DNA from: a virus
IMG/VR virus record: IMGVR_UViG_3300009370_000007
Location: 32,001-96,000 of that record
Length of the DNA: 64,000 bases
Strand: one strand, 5' to 3'
The position numbers were made by a program, and so were the translations under genes. The notes under the pieces are model-generated. The model had not been told where the DNA came from and searched no databases. It saw only the letters and a program-made list of their open reading frames with translations. Each line of letters begins with the position of its first letter. Positions within the stretch are counted from its first letter, which is position 1. Of the stretch, positions 40,101-50,500 are shown in pieces.

Positions 40101-43100
40101 GCCTATTGTCTGTATTTGCATCTTGCAGCTTTCCAGTAAAGTGACCGTTTCTTTGAAAGGCCAGATTATCTACTACAACTTCTGCACCAGAAGTCTTTCC
40201 CTTAAGAATTGCTGTGCTGGAACTAAGATATTTTCCCGCCATCCCGCCAGTTTCATAAAATAAATCTTCTGCCATATTATCATGAGACGTTCCCGACGAT
40301 GGGTCATGATTAACAGTAGGAACAATATAGGCAACCGGGTAGCGTTGAACAATCTTGTCTTCAGGCTTTCCTGTTGCATTATTTGGATCTTCAACATAAT
40401 GCTCATTATATCGAATAGCAAGCAACGTGGCTCGTCCTTTAAGATTTGCAGCACTTACACTTGGACTATAAATTTCAACTGTTTCATATTCTGTCGGCTT
40501 ATCTGCATTCCAACCATTCTGCACAGAAAATTTAGTTGTTGGTTCATTAATATAAATTTCATTGGCTCTTGATACATATCGAGAAACACTTAGATCGCCA
40601 AAAAAGGAATACACCTTAGAATATGGCTTAAGGCCTTTGGCTTCAATAATAATATCTCTATCTCTCATATAACTTTGATGCGCATACTTAGTTCCACCCG
40701 CGCCGCCAATTAGTTGAGAAGAATCTACTGCCGACATCATAAGTCTATAGTCTGAATAAGATTGAACCGATCCGGCAGGCAGGGTTGCAGATTGAGGACC
40801 TGACTCTAAAGTTGCCCCCGGCGGGGCAATTCCGCCTTCGCTTCCTGTTTCATTTTTATAAAGCCACCCGCCGCGAGAGCGCCAAGGATCGTCATAATAA
40901 TATGTCGGATGAGTAGAAATATCAACCGAAAGTTCTAGTGTTGCCGAAGGATCATATATTCCTTTAATTTCACCAATTTCAACAGCATGAGCCGTTCCGG
41001 CTTGTGTTGGCAAATCAGCATAACCCGCCGGAGTTTGAAAATTATCTTGGGCTCCAGTTAAATCAATTTGTAGGGGGTCAGGATTGTGTGTCATATCCAT
41101 CCAACGATCATCTGATGGTGTTAACTTAATAGTTCCAGAAAAACTTCTTGCAGCAAATGGATTAACTGGCATTGGAGTGGTAGCAAGTGGCTGCTCAATC
41201 CAGGCAGTATTAGAATAGTTAAACAATACTGTATTACAAGTACCATGTCTCCGAATTCCACTACTTGAAGATTCGTCAACCTTAAAATCTATTTTATTAA
41301 GAGTCTTTTGAAATGGTAACAAAACCTGCTTCACGGGATCAACACAGAATGTTCCGCGAGTATCCCTATTATATACATCAACTTCTGAAGTTCCTTCAAA
41401 ATTAACTACTAAAATTCCATTCTTAAACCGATCCATTCCATCAGCGCCAGTTATCACCATATCGGATGTATTTTTTTCTAGTGCATTTAGGGCAACATAA
41501 TATTCAACATTTTTTAATCTATTATCTAATCGAGAAATATCTTCCATTGTATATCTTTGCCGACTAAGTAATTTGACATCAACGTCATCAAGAGACTTTG
41601 TAAATGGTTTAACATTAACATAGGCCAATGTCATAAAGCCCTCGGCATATTGACTAAGAGAATCGTTTGTCTCTTCAGATCGAGGTCGGGGCAATGGTCG
41701 AGGAGAAGGCCTTCCCTTTAATCTTGTAAACTTCCCATGCCCAGTAACAATTAAGCTATCAATTCGTCCCAAATAGCGCAATACATATGCCGTAATTGGA
41801 AGCGGACTAGAGTTTTCATGAAAATCTCCAAGCTCTGCATCAAAGCTCCGATTCCAAGTAGATTCAAATGAAGTTAAAGCAATGCCAGCTTGATATTTTG
41901 TATTTGCAGCAAAATCATCTATTTTTCTGACTGGTCTAAAATCAAGAACGTCTCTAAGGGAAACACGACTTCCATCAGTCCTATTGACAAATGTTGGAAT
42001 ATCACTATAAGAAATTTCAGCATTTACATATGGTGTAGTACCACTTGTGACTTGAATAAATCTAGTAGAATCATTTGCTGCCTCAATTCGTTCTCCCTTA
42101 TCAAAAATAGTATTTCCATTAAAGGCAGAAACTCCATATAATCTTAATGCATAATTTCCATCGCCAGTAGGGGTACTTCTTTGAGTATCATAAACATACC
42201 CAGTTACCCGAGAATTTGCACCCCGAACTTTTTCATTAACGTGCAAAGTTCCAGCCCAATGAGTATCTTCAGTTCGATTATGAAAAACATCGGTAACGTG
42301 CTTATATGAATCAATAGAAAAATATGATGGGTTTAATGTATCCGAATCCCAATAATCAACAATGGCAAGAACTTCACCCAAATCTTTAAGATTTCCCTCG
42401 GCATCCTGCCTTAAAGTCAAGGTAGCATGGTCATAGATATGTCCCTTTTGTCCGTTATCAAAATCAAACCAATTTGTAATGTCTTTTGCAGTAGAATCTA
42501 TTCGAGTTGGGTTCACAGGAAGACTGGTTCCTTCCGACATCATTGCCCAAACAGTAACATTATAGGCATCAGCAATTCCAAGAGAAATTGTATCTGTATG
42601 ATCGTTTGCAGCAAGAGAATAATCAGCATAATTTCTTGGAACTCCCGAAGCCTCTACACTTCTAATTATAGTGTGCCCTGTTGATGGCGAAGAGGAAGGG
42701 AAATTTATATGTGCATCAATATCACTATGTCCCCGATGAGAATGAAAATGGGTTGAATTTTGTAACTGAAGAGACTTTAATTTAGCAGAGGCATTTCTAA
42801 TTTGAACAGGAGCAACTACTCGAATGTTTGCATCGGCGGCCGCCTGGGTTGTATCAGAAATTGCAATTACTACTCTGGGATACTGTGTAGCGGCGGATGC
42901 CGAGCTATCTCCCGTTTGAGGAGTAACCGTAAATGAACTGGCATTAATTGTCTTACCAGTATCTTTATTAAAGACCGTCCAAAAATATTGTTTGGACGCA
43001 ATTCCGCCAGCATCACCACCTAATGTGGTTGTGCCTATAGGCAAAAATTCTTCAGAATGTTTGGTTTGACTTCCAGCAGTCTGATCCCAATATTGATTAT

Positions 43101-45768
43101 CACCATAATATCCTTCATGTGGAAGAAGAGAATACGATCCGCTAGAAAGAGCAAAATCAAAAGTTCGAGTCGTAACAAACGATACATTTCCATGAGGATG
43201 ATCGGCAGTTCGCCAAGAGGTATGGAATGTTTGGGCGCTACGAATTCCTTCTTCTCGCATTGTAACAAAAGCCCGAGTTTCAGAAGAATTAAAGATAGCC
43301 TCTCCGGGCTCTCTCTTGGTTCTTTCAGAATCGTAAGCTACAGTATCTCCGGTGAGCCCAGAAACAATATCAATATTCCATAAGGTTTTTGGATTTATTG
43401 ACGAGGCTCCAAATTTAATTGTATTTGCAAAATGATTCGTATATCCTTCATTAACATCAGAAACAACTGATCGAGCCTGCTTAATTCCCAAACTAATTAC
43501 ATATTCATGATCGACATCTGGGTCAGCACTAAGTTCTCTATCCAAGACCAACAATCTTGGACGACCAATTATCCCATTACCCTCAAAATGATTTTTTGCA
43601 TCGGCTCCGTTATTAATTTGCGTATTTGCTGCAATAGCATTATTTCCACAATACCCAATAACTGTCCTCACTTCACTAGTATAGTCCGGGTTTCTTATTG
43701 TCTTTTCATCATCAGTAAATTCGGAACCTTTAGTGACCTTTATTGCTGACCCAACATAACTGTCGTTCCATTCCGAACAGGTGTTTGCATCCAACATAAT
43801 CGTTCGACGCGAAGAATATCCTCCTGTTGATCTCCTGAGCCACAGGTCTGGTGGGCTGGGGTTAGTTGAGCCGGCCGACCAATCTCCCTCAACAGTAATT
43901 GTAGTAGAAGTAGAAACTAAGACTGGAATATTTCTTAATTGATATTCTCCATCTGCATTACCATTTACTGTAATTGTATCTCCCGTGGACGTATCATCCT
44001 TAAGAAGAGGAGTTGTATACTCTCCAATTGGATCTGGATTTGAATTTGCAAACCCATGCCAGTATCGAGCGTCGGCATGACTAGCATGGCGACCAGAAAC
44101 GTCTATTGTAAATGTTGTGTTTGCGGGGTTTCCTAGTGCTGTATCGGCAGCAGTAACAGAAACTCCTGTAACTTTCAATATATTTGGTTGACTAACTTTT
44201 CCTGAAACCTTACTTGGTCGTACATCAGTCAAGTAAAGCCGATAAACATTTCCCTGTTCTCGGCCTCTATACCGTCTCCCCCTCTTCGTTGCTGCCTCAT
44301 CGTATGCAAACCCCTGAACTCTGGCTGTTGCTGCCAATGTTGAATTCCAAGCATTTGCATTTTTGGTTGAATGCTTTACAACTAAATCATGTTTTTGAGA
44401 ATGTAAATAAAGAAGTTCGTCGGCTGCCAATCCGCCTTGAGAAACATTAAATAAACCATTAGCATTTTCGGCAAGATGGTCAGAATTAACTGCAACACCA
44501 TCATCCCCAGTACCAAAGGGATTGGTATTTCCGGCGTCATACACCAAAACAAAATTTCCAGGTTCATACAATGAAGTTTCAGTCAACGCAGGTGCCAGAT
44601 TAAAGTCTCTTGCTTTTGGAAATTTTACTTTTTTGGTTCGTTGAGTTCTAATTTCATGTCCCTTTACATATGCTGTGCCGGGGGCAAGTTCAACTATGAA
44701 ATTAGGATCATCTTTATTAATAAGTTCCCGTTTGGATGGCTGAAATGGTTTAACTGTATAGTTTCCACTTTCATCATACGTTCGTCTTGCAAAGATGGCT
44801 TCTATGGCACTATATTGAGGATACTCAACGTGCCAAACTAAATGTCCTTCTTCAATTTCTGCAATTGGAAACCACTCATGCTGTGGAGTATTATCTAAAA
44901 GCTGTCCATCACCAACCTTGGTAAGTTTTAGGTTAATTCGTTTGCGGTCAGCGCCGGGGGCTGTAAAATTAGAAAATCCAGAAGCAGGATCATATAATGA
45001 TGCGTCGTCTTTTGAAGTAATTATTTCTTCAGTAACCTTAAACCCTACTCTATAAGTTGGATTATTATGATATTTACTTAAAACAATACTCTGCTTATCT
45101 GATTGAACAAATTGTCCCTTATAATAATAAACTCCCTCATCGACATCATATACGGCACAATTCCCAGAATGAATTCTGTGATTTTTAGATGTTACGGGTA
45201 TTGATTTTCCATTGAGGTCTTTACCACCCGGCTCTCCCCAAGGAAGAGTTGTTGCCTGAGCAGATACTAGTGATTGATCTTCCCCAGTTGGATCAAACAC
45301 ATAAATTCTAGTTGAATGTCCGAATCCCTTTGTACTATCCCAATCTGTAGGTTCTATGTCATAAGTAATAAACAAGGTATCTGGCTCTGCAATGGTATCA
45401 TTGACTCCAGTTCCTACTCGGGGAGCAACATTACGAATAGTTGCAACAATTGTGCCTTCCCTATTTCTGATCTTTTTACCAACCCACCCAGAAACATCTA
45501 TATCAACTCCATCCGGCCCATATCTATCCAATGCAAGATATTGAATTTGATCTTCTTGATGACGATACATTGGCTCGCCCTTGAACACTCGGGAGCCATC
45601 CTTGAAAATATGTTGCCCTTGCCGTTCAATTTGATTCTGTAAAATACTCTGAAGTTGAGTTAATTCTCTTGCCTGTACGGCACGGCCTGGGCGAAATAAA
45701 ATCTTTAAAAATTTCTTGGCTTCATCATAATCATCATAGTATGGAAATTTGTTGTAGTCGATTGCCAT
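37141..45768 (-). CDS. DUF4815/VrlC-like baseplate-associated structural protein (2875 aa)
   Basis: PYYDDYD...ILFRPGRAVQARELTQLQSILQNQI, APGADR, ARRTYDESGNY, RYTMEDI, DRFKNG, DPLAQSF and C-terminal PVIRDLRAIA. Confidence 0.9.
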   Translation of the reverse strand: MAIDYNKFPYYDDYDEAKKFLKILFRPGRAVQARELTQLQSILQNQIERQGQHIFKDGSRVFKGEPMYRHQEDQIQYLALDRYGPDGVDIDVSGWVGKKIRNREGTIVATIRNVAPRVGTGVNDTIAEPDTLFITYDIEPTDWDSTKGFGHSTRIYVFDPTGEDQSLVSAQATTLPWGEPGGKDLNGKSIPVTSKNHRIHSGNCAVYDVDEGVYYYKGQFVQSDKQSIVLSKYHNNPTYRVGFKVTEEIITSKDDASLYDPASGFSNFTAPGADRKRINLKLTKVGDGQLLDNTPQHEWFPIAEIEEGHLVWHVEYPQYSAIEAIFARRTYDESGNYTVKPFQPSKRELINKDDPNFIVELAPGTAYVKGHEIRTQRTKKVKFPKARDFNLAPALTETSLYEPGNFVLVYDAGNTNPFGTGDDGVAVNSDHLAENANGLFNVSQGGLAADELLYLHSQKHDLVVKHSTKNANAWNSTLAATARVQGFAYDEAATKRGRRYRGREQGNVYRLYLTDVRPSKVSGKVSQPNILKVTGVSVTAADTALGNPANTTFTIDVSGRHASHADARYWHGFANSNPDPIGEYTTPLLKDDTSTGDTITVNGNADGEYQLRNIPVLVSTSTTITVEGDWSAGSTNPSPPDLWLRRSTGGYSSRRTIMLDANTCSEWNDSYVGSAIKVTKGSEFTDDEKTIRNPDYTSEVRTVIGYCGNNAIAANTQINNGADAKNHFEGNGIIGRPRLLVLDRELSADPDVDHEYVISLGIKQARSVVSDVNEGYTNHFANTIKFGASSINPKTLWNIDIVSGLTGDTVAYDSERTKREPGEAIFNSSETRAFVTMREEGIRSAQTFHTSWRTADHPHGNVSFVTTRTFDFALSSGSYSLLPHEGYYGDNQYWDQTAGSQTKHSEEFLPIGTTTLGGDAGGIASKQYFWTVFNKDTGKTINASSFTVTPQTGDSSASAATQYPRVVIAISDTTQAAADANIRVVAPVQIRNASAKLKSLQLQNSTHFHSHRGHSDIDAHINFPSSSPSTGHTIIRSVEASGVPRNYADYSLAANDHTDTISLGIADAYNVTVWAMMSEGTSLPVNPTRIDSTAKDITNWFDFDNGQKGHIYDHATLTLRQDAEGNLKDLGEVLAIVDYWDSDTLNPSYFSIDSYKHVTDVFHNRTEDTHWAGTLHVNEKVRGANSRVTGYVYDTQRSTPTGDGNYALRLYGVSAFNGNTIFDKGERIEAANDSTRFIQVTSGTTPYVNAEISYSDIPTFVNRTDGSRVSLRDVLDFRPVRKIDDFAANTKYQAGIALTSFESTWNRSFDAELGDFHENSSPLPITAYVLRYLGRIDSLIVTGHGKFTRLKGRPSPRPLPRPRSEETNDSLSQYAEGFMTLAYVNVKPFTKSLDDVDVKLLSRQRYTMEDISRLDNRLKNVEYYVALNALEKNTSDMVITGADGMDRFKNGILVVNFEGTSEVDVYNRDTRGTFCVDPVKQVLLPFQKTLNKIDFKVDESSSSGIRRHGTCNTVLFNYSNTAWIEQPLATTPMPVNPFAARSFSGTIKLTPSDDRWMDMTHNPDPLQIDLTGAQDNFQTPAGYADLPTQAGTAHAVEIGEIKGIYDPSATLELSVDISTHPTYYYDDPWRSRGGWLYKNETGSEGGIAPPGATLESGPQSATLPAGSVQSYSDYRLMMSAVDSSQLIGGAGGTKYAHQSYMRDRDIIIEAKGLKPYSKVYSFFGDLSVSRYVSRANEIYINEPTTKFSVQNGWNADKPTEYETVEIYSPSVSAANLKGRATLLAIRYNEHYVEDPNNATGKPEDKIVQRYPVAYIVPTVNHDPSSGTSHDNMAEDLFYETGGMAGKYLSSSTAILKGKTSGAEVVVDNLAFQRNGHFTGKLQDANTDNRRFGSHATLKNDLGTDRGGWIKLAPDAEIYTSNSFGYYPLTGAGALDTNEMIAGQTQVNIVRGVPQKDSNGRVVKAPGEGTSFMIDRYIDSGAKKGYAYSREIVESDAPTTGSTYTIINKAAAPVANNLYSDYRGLPVGCGNVPYTNRHGEFFGMFHLPFNPEKIMFPYGARTFSISNRGDNNPIYTTSFAHGEYSAEGWTETTRDAVVSTTKYFTKLEKANFHEIANNPLEADGIYPLRTTSDGGEGVFAIVSDVTIPGGSTSCGGTHPWETGSGEFRGDNVWGKIVHKDSQEAKDYNYFGLGTETGTFNFPGVKFTGGDVDGVEGYCITSGGCITDIVITQHGIGSVNQKTGDLIPPTISLTAGDLYHSKALNWITHGKLNAQANVTTDPDLIETVFKGHIQATQDAAMSTVVGAMEGQWQDPLAQSFTIPSTGMAQGGVWLSGIDLFFADKPNTQVSVVGSTKGGGDADLPVRVDIRPMVNNFPDNVILSVGGGSHAWAELTADEVVITDADPYIESPDGTRNQVPDMTKASTWTSFKFDAPAYLMPGKTYCFVVSSASDKYKLWTADSRENLVGTGIDTGAVPIGGHENSILATTSDQVGGTMFKSDIQGAPHSPWKQDPYSDIMFRLRRCKFSNSDATLTLRAGEQMATGNSTIHTFAVRLTDMEPTQTDISYQYRGQDEDGNYGAYDDLVPNSTYETLTEALKLRNDDDFPANEFGTFEVKARLTSEGTDFTSPMIDPTQVKLSYTEHKINNGELKYSQIEKISDGRDNSSTVDDTYEAVGGGGTGGLITVLTDNSGDNGVATYELTNAGSGYHSNPLWVNKTGSPTVNAEFTYMGETSPSGGNADFRYITRRVNLRKGFDARDLKVYVTAHKPIGTNIHVYYKVLAAEDPDTFDQKSWVRLQPQSSGRFDLKPSSPESVDMLPVSEYEYGTPGERIAYEGKYEDSYDTFQTFAIKLVMHSDDSTGNKTPVIRDLRAIALT

Positions 45769-45789
45769 TCGTATTTCTGCCTTTATTAA

Positions 45790-47496
45790 TTAAAATTCAA
45801 AAACTAGTTTAAATGTTTCATATTGATTATCATACCTATTAACTGCCGTAATATTTTCCAAATAAATGACTTCACCTGAATATTTAGTCAATTGTTCTGG
45901 ATAAACTGCTATAGTATTTTGAGAAACTTTGCCTCTAATATTTATATTAACTGCATTTGAACTAAGAATTTGAGCAAGATCCCCGCCGGAATTTTTGATA
46001 TATTGCCCATTTGCAAATGTTCCTTCTGTTCCAACAAGAGACAATGTAGAATTTTTAGATTCCTGCTGACCCACTCTCCATACAATTCCTGTTGCCGAAT
46101 TATTCGCATTAATAATCGTTGTGTCCGCAGGATACTTAGTATTGAGAGTTGAATAACTGTCCACCAATCCATTAAAAAATAAATGAGTTCTTAAATCATA
46201 CAACGATCCAATTGCATTTTTTCCAGTTCTTGGATCAATTGGATTTCTGAGCAAACCCATCTGCTGAAACTCCATTCCGTAATCTGGAGAAATTTTATCA
46301 TCAGAAGAACCACCCAATGGAGTTGATCCACTAACAATTACATATTTGGCATTAAGCTCTTCAAAAGAATCATATCCATGTCCACTCGGAGGAGGAATAT
46401 ACACATTTGCAAAAGCACCACCCCCATTTGCAGAATATGAATCATTTGTAAGAGCATCCCATCTATGGGCAATGTTTGCTGTCAGTTGGGTATTTGAATA
46501 TCCACTTCCAATATTTCCAACCGAAATAGAAATCACATTTCCTTTTGGATTAACATTGGCAATTGCACTAAATCGTTTTCCGCCTCTGTCGTTTTGTAAA
46601 ATAACTTCAGGACCAATTGCGATTTTATCTCCGGCGGCAACAGTTGGTTTTGCAGCAGTTAATATTTGAACTTCTGCTGCCGAACTCTTATAATCAATAA
46701 TTTTTGAAATTTGACCCGTTGCCAACCCAGAAGTAAACATTACTGCACAATTATTAAAATAATCATCTGGAATGGAAGCCTTTACTGGATCATCATCTTT
46801 CCAACCAATAGTAAGAATACTTCCATTGGTAGTTTTTGAAACCACATTTGCATTCTCTAAGGACACACCAGTCGTTCCATTTGCCCAGGCGGCACCACGG
46901 TAATTATTTCCCATTCCGAGCAAACTATTTGCATTATATAAAGGAATATTTAGAATTGATCCAGCAACAGCAGCGGCGGCAACTGTCTGATTTGTCTTAA
47001 CTGGAATCACATTTGCAGTTGCAAAACTGTACCAATCATTTTCAGAAATTGTATACATATATTTCCATGTATATCCATCATATTCTTTATATGGAGCCAA
47101 ATCTCTTTGAGTTGGTTTTACTGTAGATTTCGAGTCTCCATTATTATCTAGACACTTATAGACATCTCGATTGTTTGATCCTGCAAGAACATAATATCCA
47201 TTTGCAGTTCCTAATGTAGAAGTATTTGATTTATACTGCTCATATAGTGTCTGTGTTGTCCAATTAATTCTTTTGATTCCTTGGGCAACCTTGTCTGACG
47301 TAACTCGAAATGCCCCGGCCATATGATTCCAAACTGATCTTGCTTCGTCTACTGTGTCGCTAGCTGAATCTGGAGTTTCCGGGGTTGTCCAGGCCGTCGG
47401 CTTTCCAATAAAAAAATAAATGGAATCTGTCTCAAATGACTTTGAAAAAGCATTCGCAGCAAAAACTCCAAATTTTTTGGGAACGAGTGTGGGCAT
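45790..47496 (-). CDS. gp8: baseplate wedge protein
   Basis: YFFIGKPTAW, VYKCLDN, DGYTWKYMYTI, C-terminal SGEVIYLEN...ETFKLVFEF; synteny. Confidence 0.88.
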   Translation of the reverse strand: MPTLVPKKFGVFAANAFSKSFETDSIYFFIGKPTAWTTPETPDSASDTVDEARSVWNHMAGAFRVTSDKVAQGIKRINWTTQTLYEQYKSNTSTLGTANGYYVLAGSNNRDVYKCLDNNGDSKSTVKPTQRDLAPYKEYDGYTWKYMYTISENDWYSFATANVIPVKTNQTVAAAAVAGSILNIPLYNANSLLGMGNNYRGAAWANGTTGVSLENANVVSKTTNGSILTIGWKDDDPVKASIPDDYFNNCAVMFTSGLATGQISKIIDYKSSAAEVQILTAAKPTVAAGDKIAIGPEVILQNDRGGKRFSAIANVNPKGNVISISVGNIGSGYSNTQLTANIAHRWDALTNDSYSANGGGAFANVYIPPPSGHGYDSFEELNAKYVIVSGSTPLGGSSDDKISPDYGMEFQQMGLLRNPIDPRTGKNAIGSLYDLRTHLFFNGLVDSYSTLNTKYPADTTIINANNSATGIVWRVGQQESKNSTLSLVGTEGTFANGQYIKNSGGDLAQILSSNAVNINIRGKVSQNTIAVYPEQLTKYSGEVIYLENITAVNRYDNQYETFKLVFEF

Positions 47497-47520
47497 TATA
47501 TCTCCTAATTACTCTACTAT

Positions 47521-50500
47521 TTAGTCGCCAATTTCTGGAGGCAATGCGGTTTTGTATGGATGAGTTCCAGTATTATCTCTTTGATTTAATTTATCAGTTA
47601 ATCCATATTTGTGGGCAAGGTATCCTTCTATCTTGGCAATTTGATTATTGGCCAACTTCTTATTGAATACAAGAATTTCTGCAATTTGTCCATCATACGG
47701 ATTATATGCATCTCCATAAAAACTTGTATAGTCCATTCGTCTGGCTCCACCAACGGATGTTACGAGACTGTCAGATTCTGCTTCATTAAGCCCGTCCTTT
47801 GTTAAGTTATACCAAGTATTATCAGACTCACTAACACCCCAAGCGCTACCAAAGTCAAGTCTACTATTAGTATTACTAACCAAAAGACCATTAATATGAA
47901 AATTAATTGCCTCGGTTGGAACAGTAGTTGATGCTCCATTGTGAGCATATTCAGAATATCCAAATATATTCCATTCATTAGTATTGGCAATTTGATTGCC
48001 TTCAAATGCCACATTTGCTTTTGGTTCAATATTAATAAAACCACCAGATGCCGTAGACTTTGCTTGAGTGACAAGTGATCCATTTCTAGTAAAGGCAGTC
48101 AATCCTATAGAAAGGTCTATTCCACCCGACCCTCCAGCCGTAGGATTTCCCACCTTGCCAGCACCAGAAGAAATGAGTTGTAAATTACTGGTATAATTTA
48201 GAGAATTTGCATGAAGGCTTCCCTTACAAACCACAAAAACCGACCATGAATTTGCAACAGGTCTGGCAAGAGCATTACTATTACCGAGATGAGTATTTGC
48301 CATAAGAATACTCGAAACACTATCTCGTCGTTGGGGGCTCCATCGGTATGTGTTTGCCTGCAATCCTCTTCGACCACCACCAACGTCTGCACCAGACATT
48401 CCATGATGGGTATCTACAGACCAACTTTGTGCATTTACAGTAGGGCCCTGAAAATGAATTGCTGGATGACCATTAACTGCATTGGCAAGATATAATGGAG
48501 GGCGAACAAAATAAAGATCATCGTCTCCAGCCATGTAGGCAGAACTCGGATTGTTTCCATCCGTACCATGAGTATTTGAATATAAATGATGCTCATTGAT
48601 CGAACTATCATTCCATGACATAACATTTGCACCATTCATTCCGGGCAAAGCATAGCTAGTAGGTCGGTATCGAACATCAGAAGAATCGTGTGTTGCATTT
48701 CCATACAGACCATGAACGCTAGAATCATAATGCTCCAACTGAATGCCGTCAACATAATGAGTAATGTCAACTCCAGTTTCAATAGATCCATTAAAATCTA
48801 ATCGAATGGCTAGTTTGGTGTCATCAATTCCACTTAAATCTATAATTCCTTGAACACGTTCCCATGTATTATTTGCCTGCATCTTAGTAATAGGAAATTG
48901 GAATACTGCACTCGGATAACCCCTTCCTCCATAATTATTTCCTGTTGCAACATAGAGTTCTCCAGTATTCCCCGGAAGATGATTGCTTCCGGTGGCTTGA
49001 ACATAATCATTGTTGTCGGTCTTCCAATAGGCACTAAATAACCATTTTGTATTTGCAGTAATGGCTGTCTGAAAATAAGATTGATTGGCTGCGATTAAAT
49101 TTGTTCCAGAATTTATATATGGATTTCCGGTTATATAGGCATATCCATAAGCAGGGGAACCTGAGCTGCCCCCGGTCACCACAGCCTTAAGGGAAGTATT
49201 TCCAAATAAGAAAGAATCGTTATCCAAACTAATTGTGGCATTCTGGCTAAACAATGTTGGTAATGAATTTACTTCCCAATTTGAATATCCAACTTTAAAT
49301 AAATTCTTTGTGTCATTTATTCCGGGGACATTTACTCCAAAGTCTAGATTATCTGCCGTTATTGCATCTGCCTTCCACCATGATGCAAGGGAGTCTAGTT
49401 GGTCGGGAGAAAAGGAATCTTCCATATTTGTAGAAATTCTAGAAAATAACTCTAATATAATAATATTCTGGGCGCGGCCACCTATCTCATCCTGTCCGCT
49501 ACGATCAGCCGCATAAACAATACGATTTCCTTGCGAAAGAGAATTATGCCAATCAAGACCATAAATAGCAGAATCCCCTTCTTGACCATGACGATTTCCA
49601 TCACTAAATAAAGTTTGATTCAACCCATCCGAATCCATTATAAAAAGTTTATTCCCTGCTGTCGGATAAGATTCTCTTTCTGAAACAAATGCAATATAGT
49701 TGCCGTCTGGTGACCACACAGGAGAATGATTATCTCCATAATTTCCAGAAGATATTGGACCTTCTTTATTAGTAAGCCGTTTTAAATCAGTTCCATTCTT
49801 ATCTATTGTATAAATTTCGTGTCCGGTTCCTCCTGCGTCTGAATTAAACACAATCCTTTCTCCATCTGGCGAGTATCGTGGATTCTGAATTGTGCCGCCG
49901 TCGCTATAAATTAGATTTTCTACAATGGTGCTAGGTCCTGAGGAAACCGTATAAATTTCATAATTGCCAGATCGAGTAGAAACAAATACTATCCCTGTCT
50001 GGCCCATGGGTCCGAAACCAGTAAGGCCGGTCGTCTCCCAACTGGACATCCAATCCACACCAGAATCATCCGTAAGTTCAGTTACAGATGTACCATCTGG
50101 ATTTACTTTATATACATTATAATTACTTCCATCATGTCTCGTAAAAGTAAGTTGGTCACCAGTCGGTTTCCACCCCGGAAATGAATCATTTCCTGTAGTG
50201 ATTTGAGTAATACCACTACCATCTGCATTCATAATATGAATTCCATCTGGGTCGTTGCTCCCACCATAATAAAATGCAATTTGAGTTCCATCGGGGGACC
50301 ATGCAGGACCTCTTTCCATACCTGTATAACTGGTAGTAGGAGTATTAGTGATGTTAATCCTATCACCGGGGCGAACATCATTCAACAAATAAGAAGTATT
50401 AAGAAAAGAATTCTGAAGTTTATTCCCAAACATCTCCGTTCCAACAGGATGGACTGACTCCTTTACAAATCCTTGATACTCTGCAAGTTCTTTTTCACTC

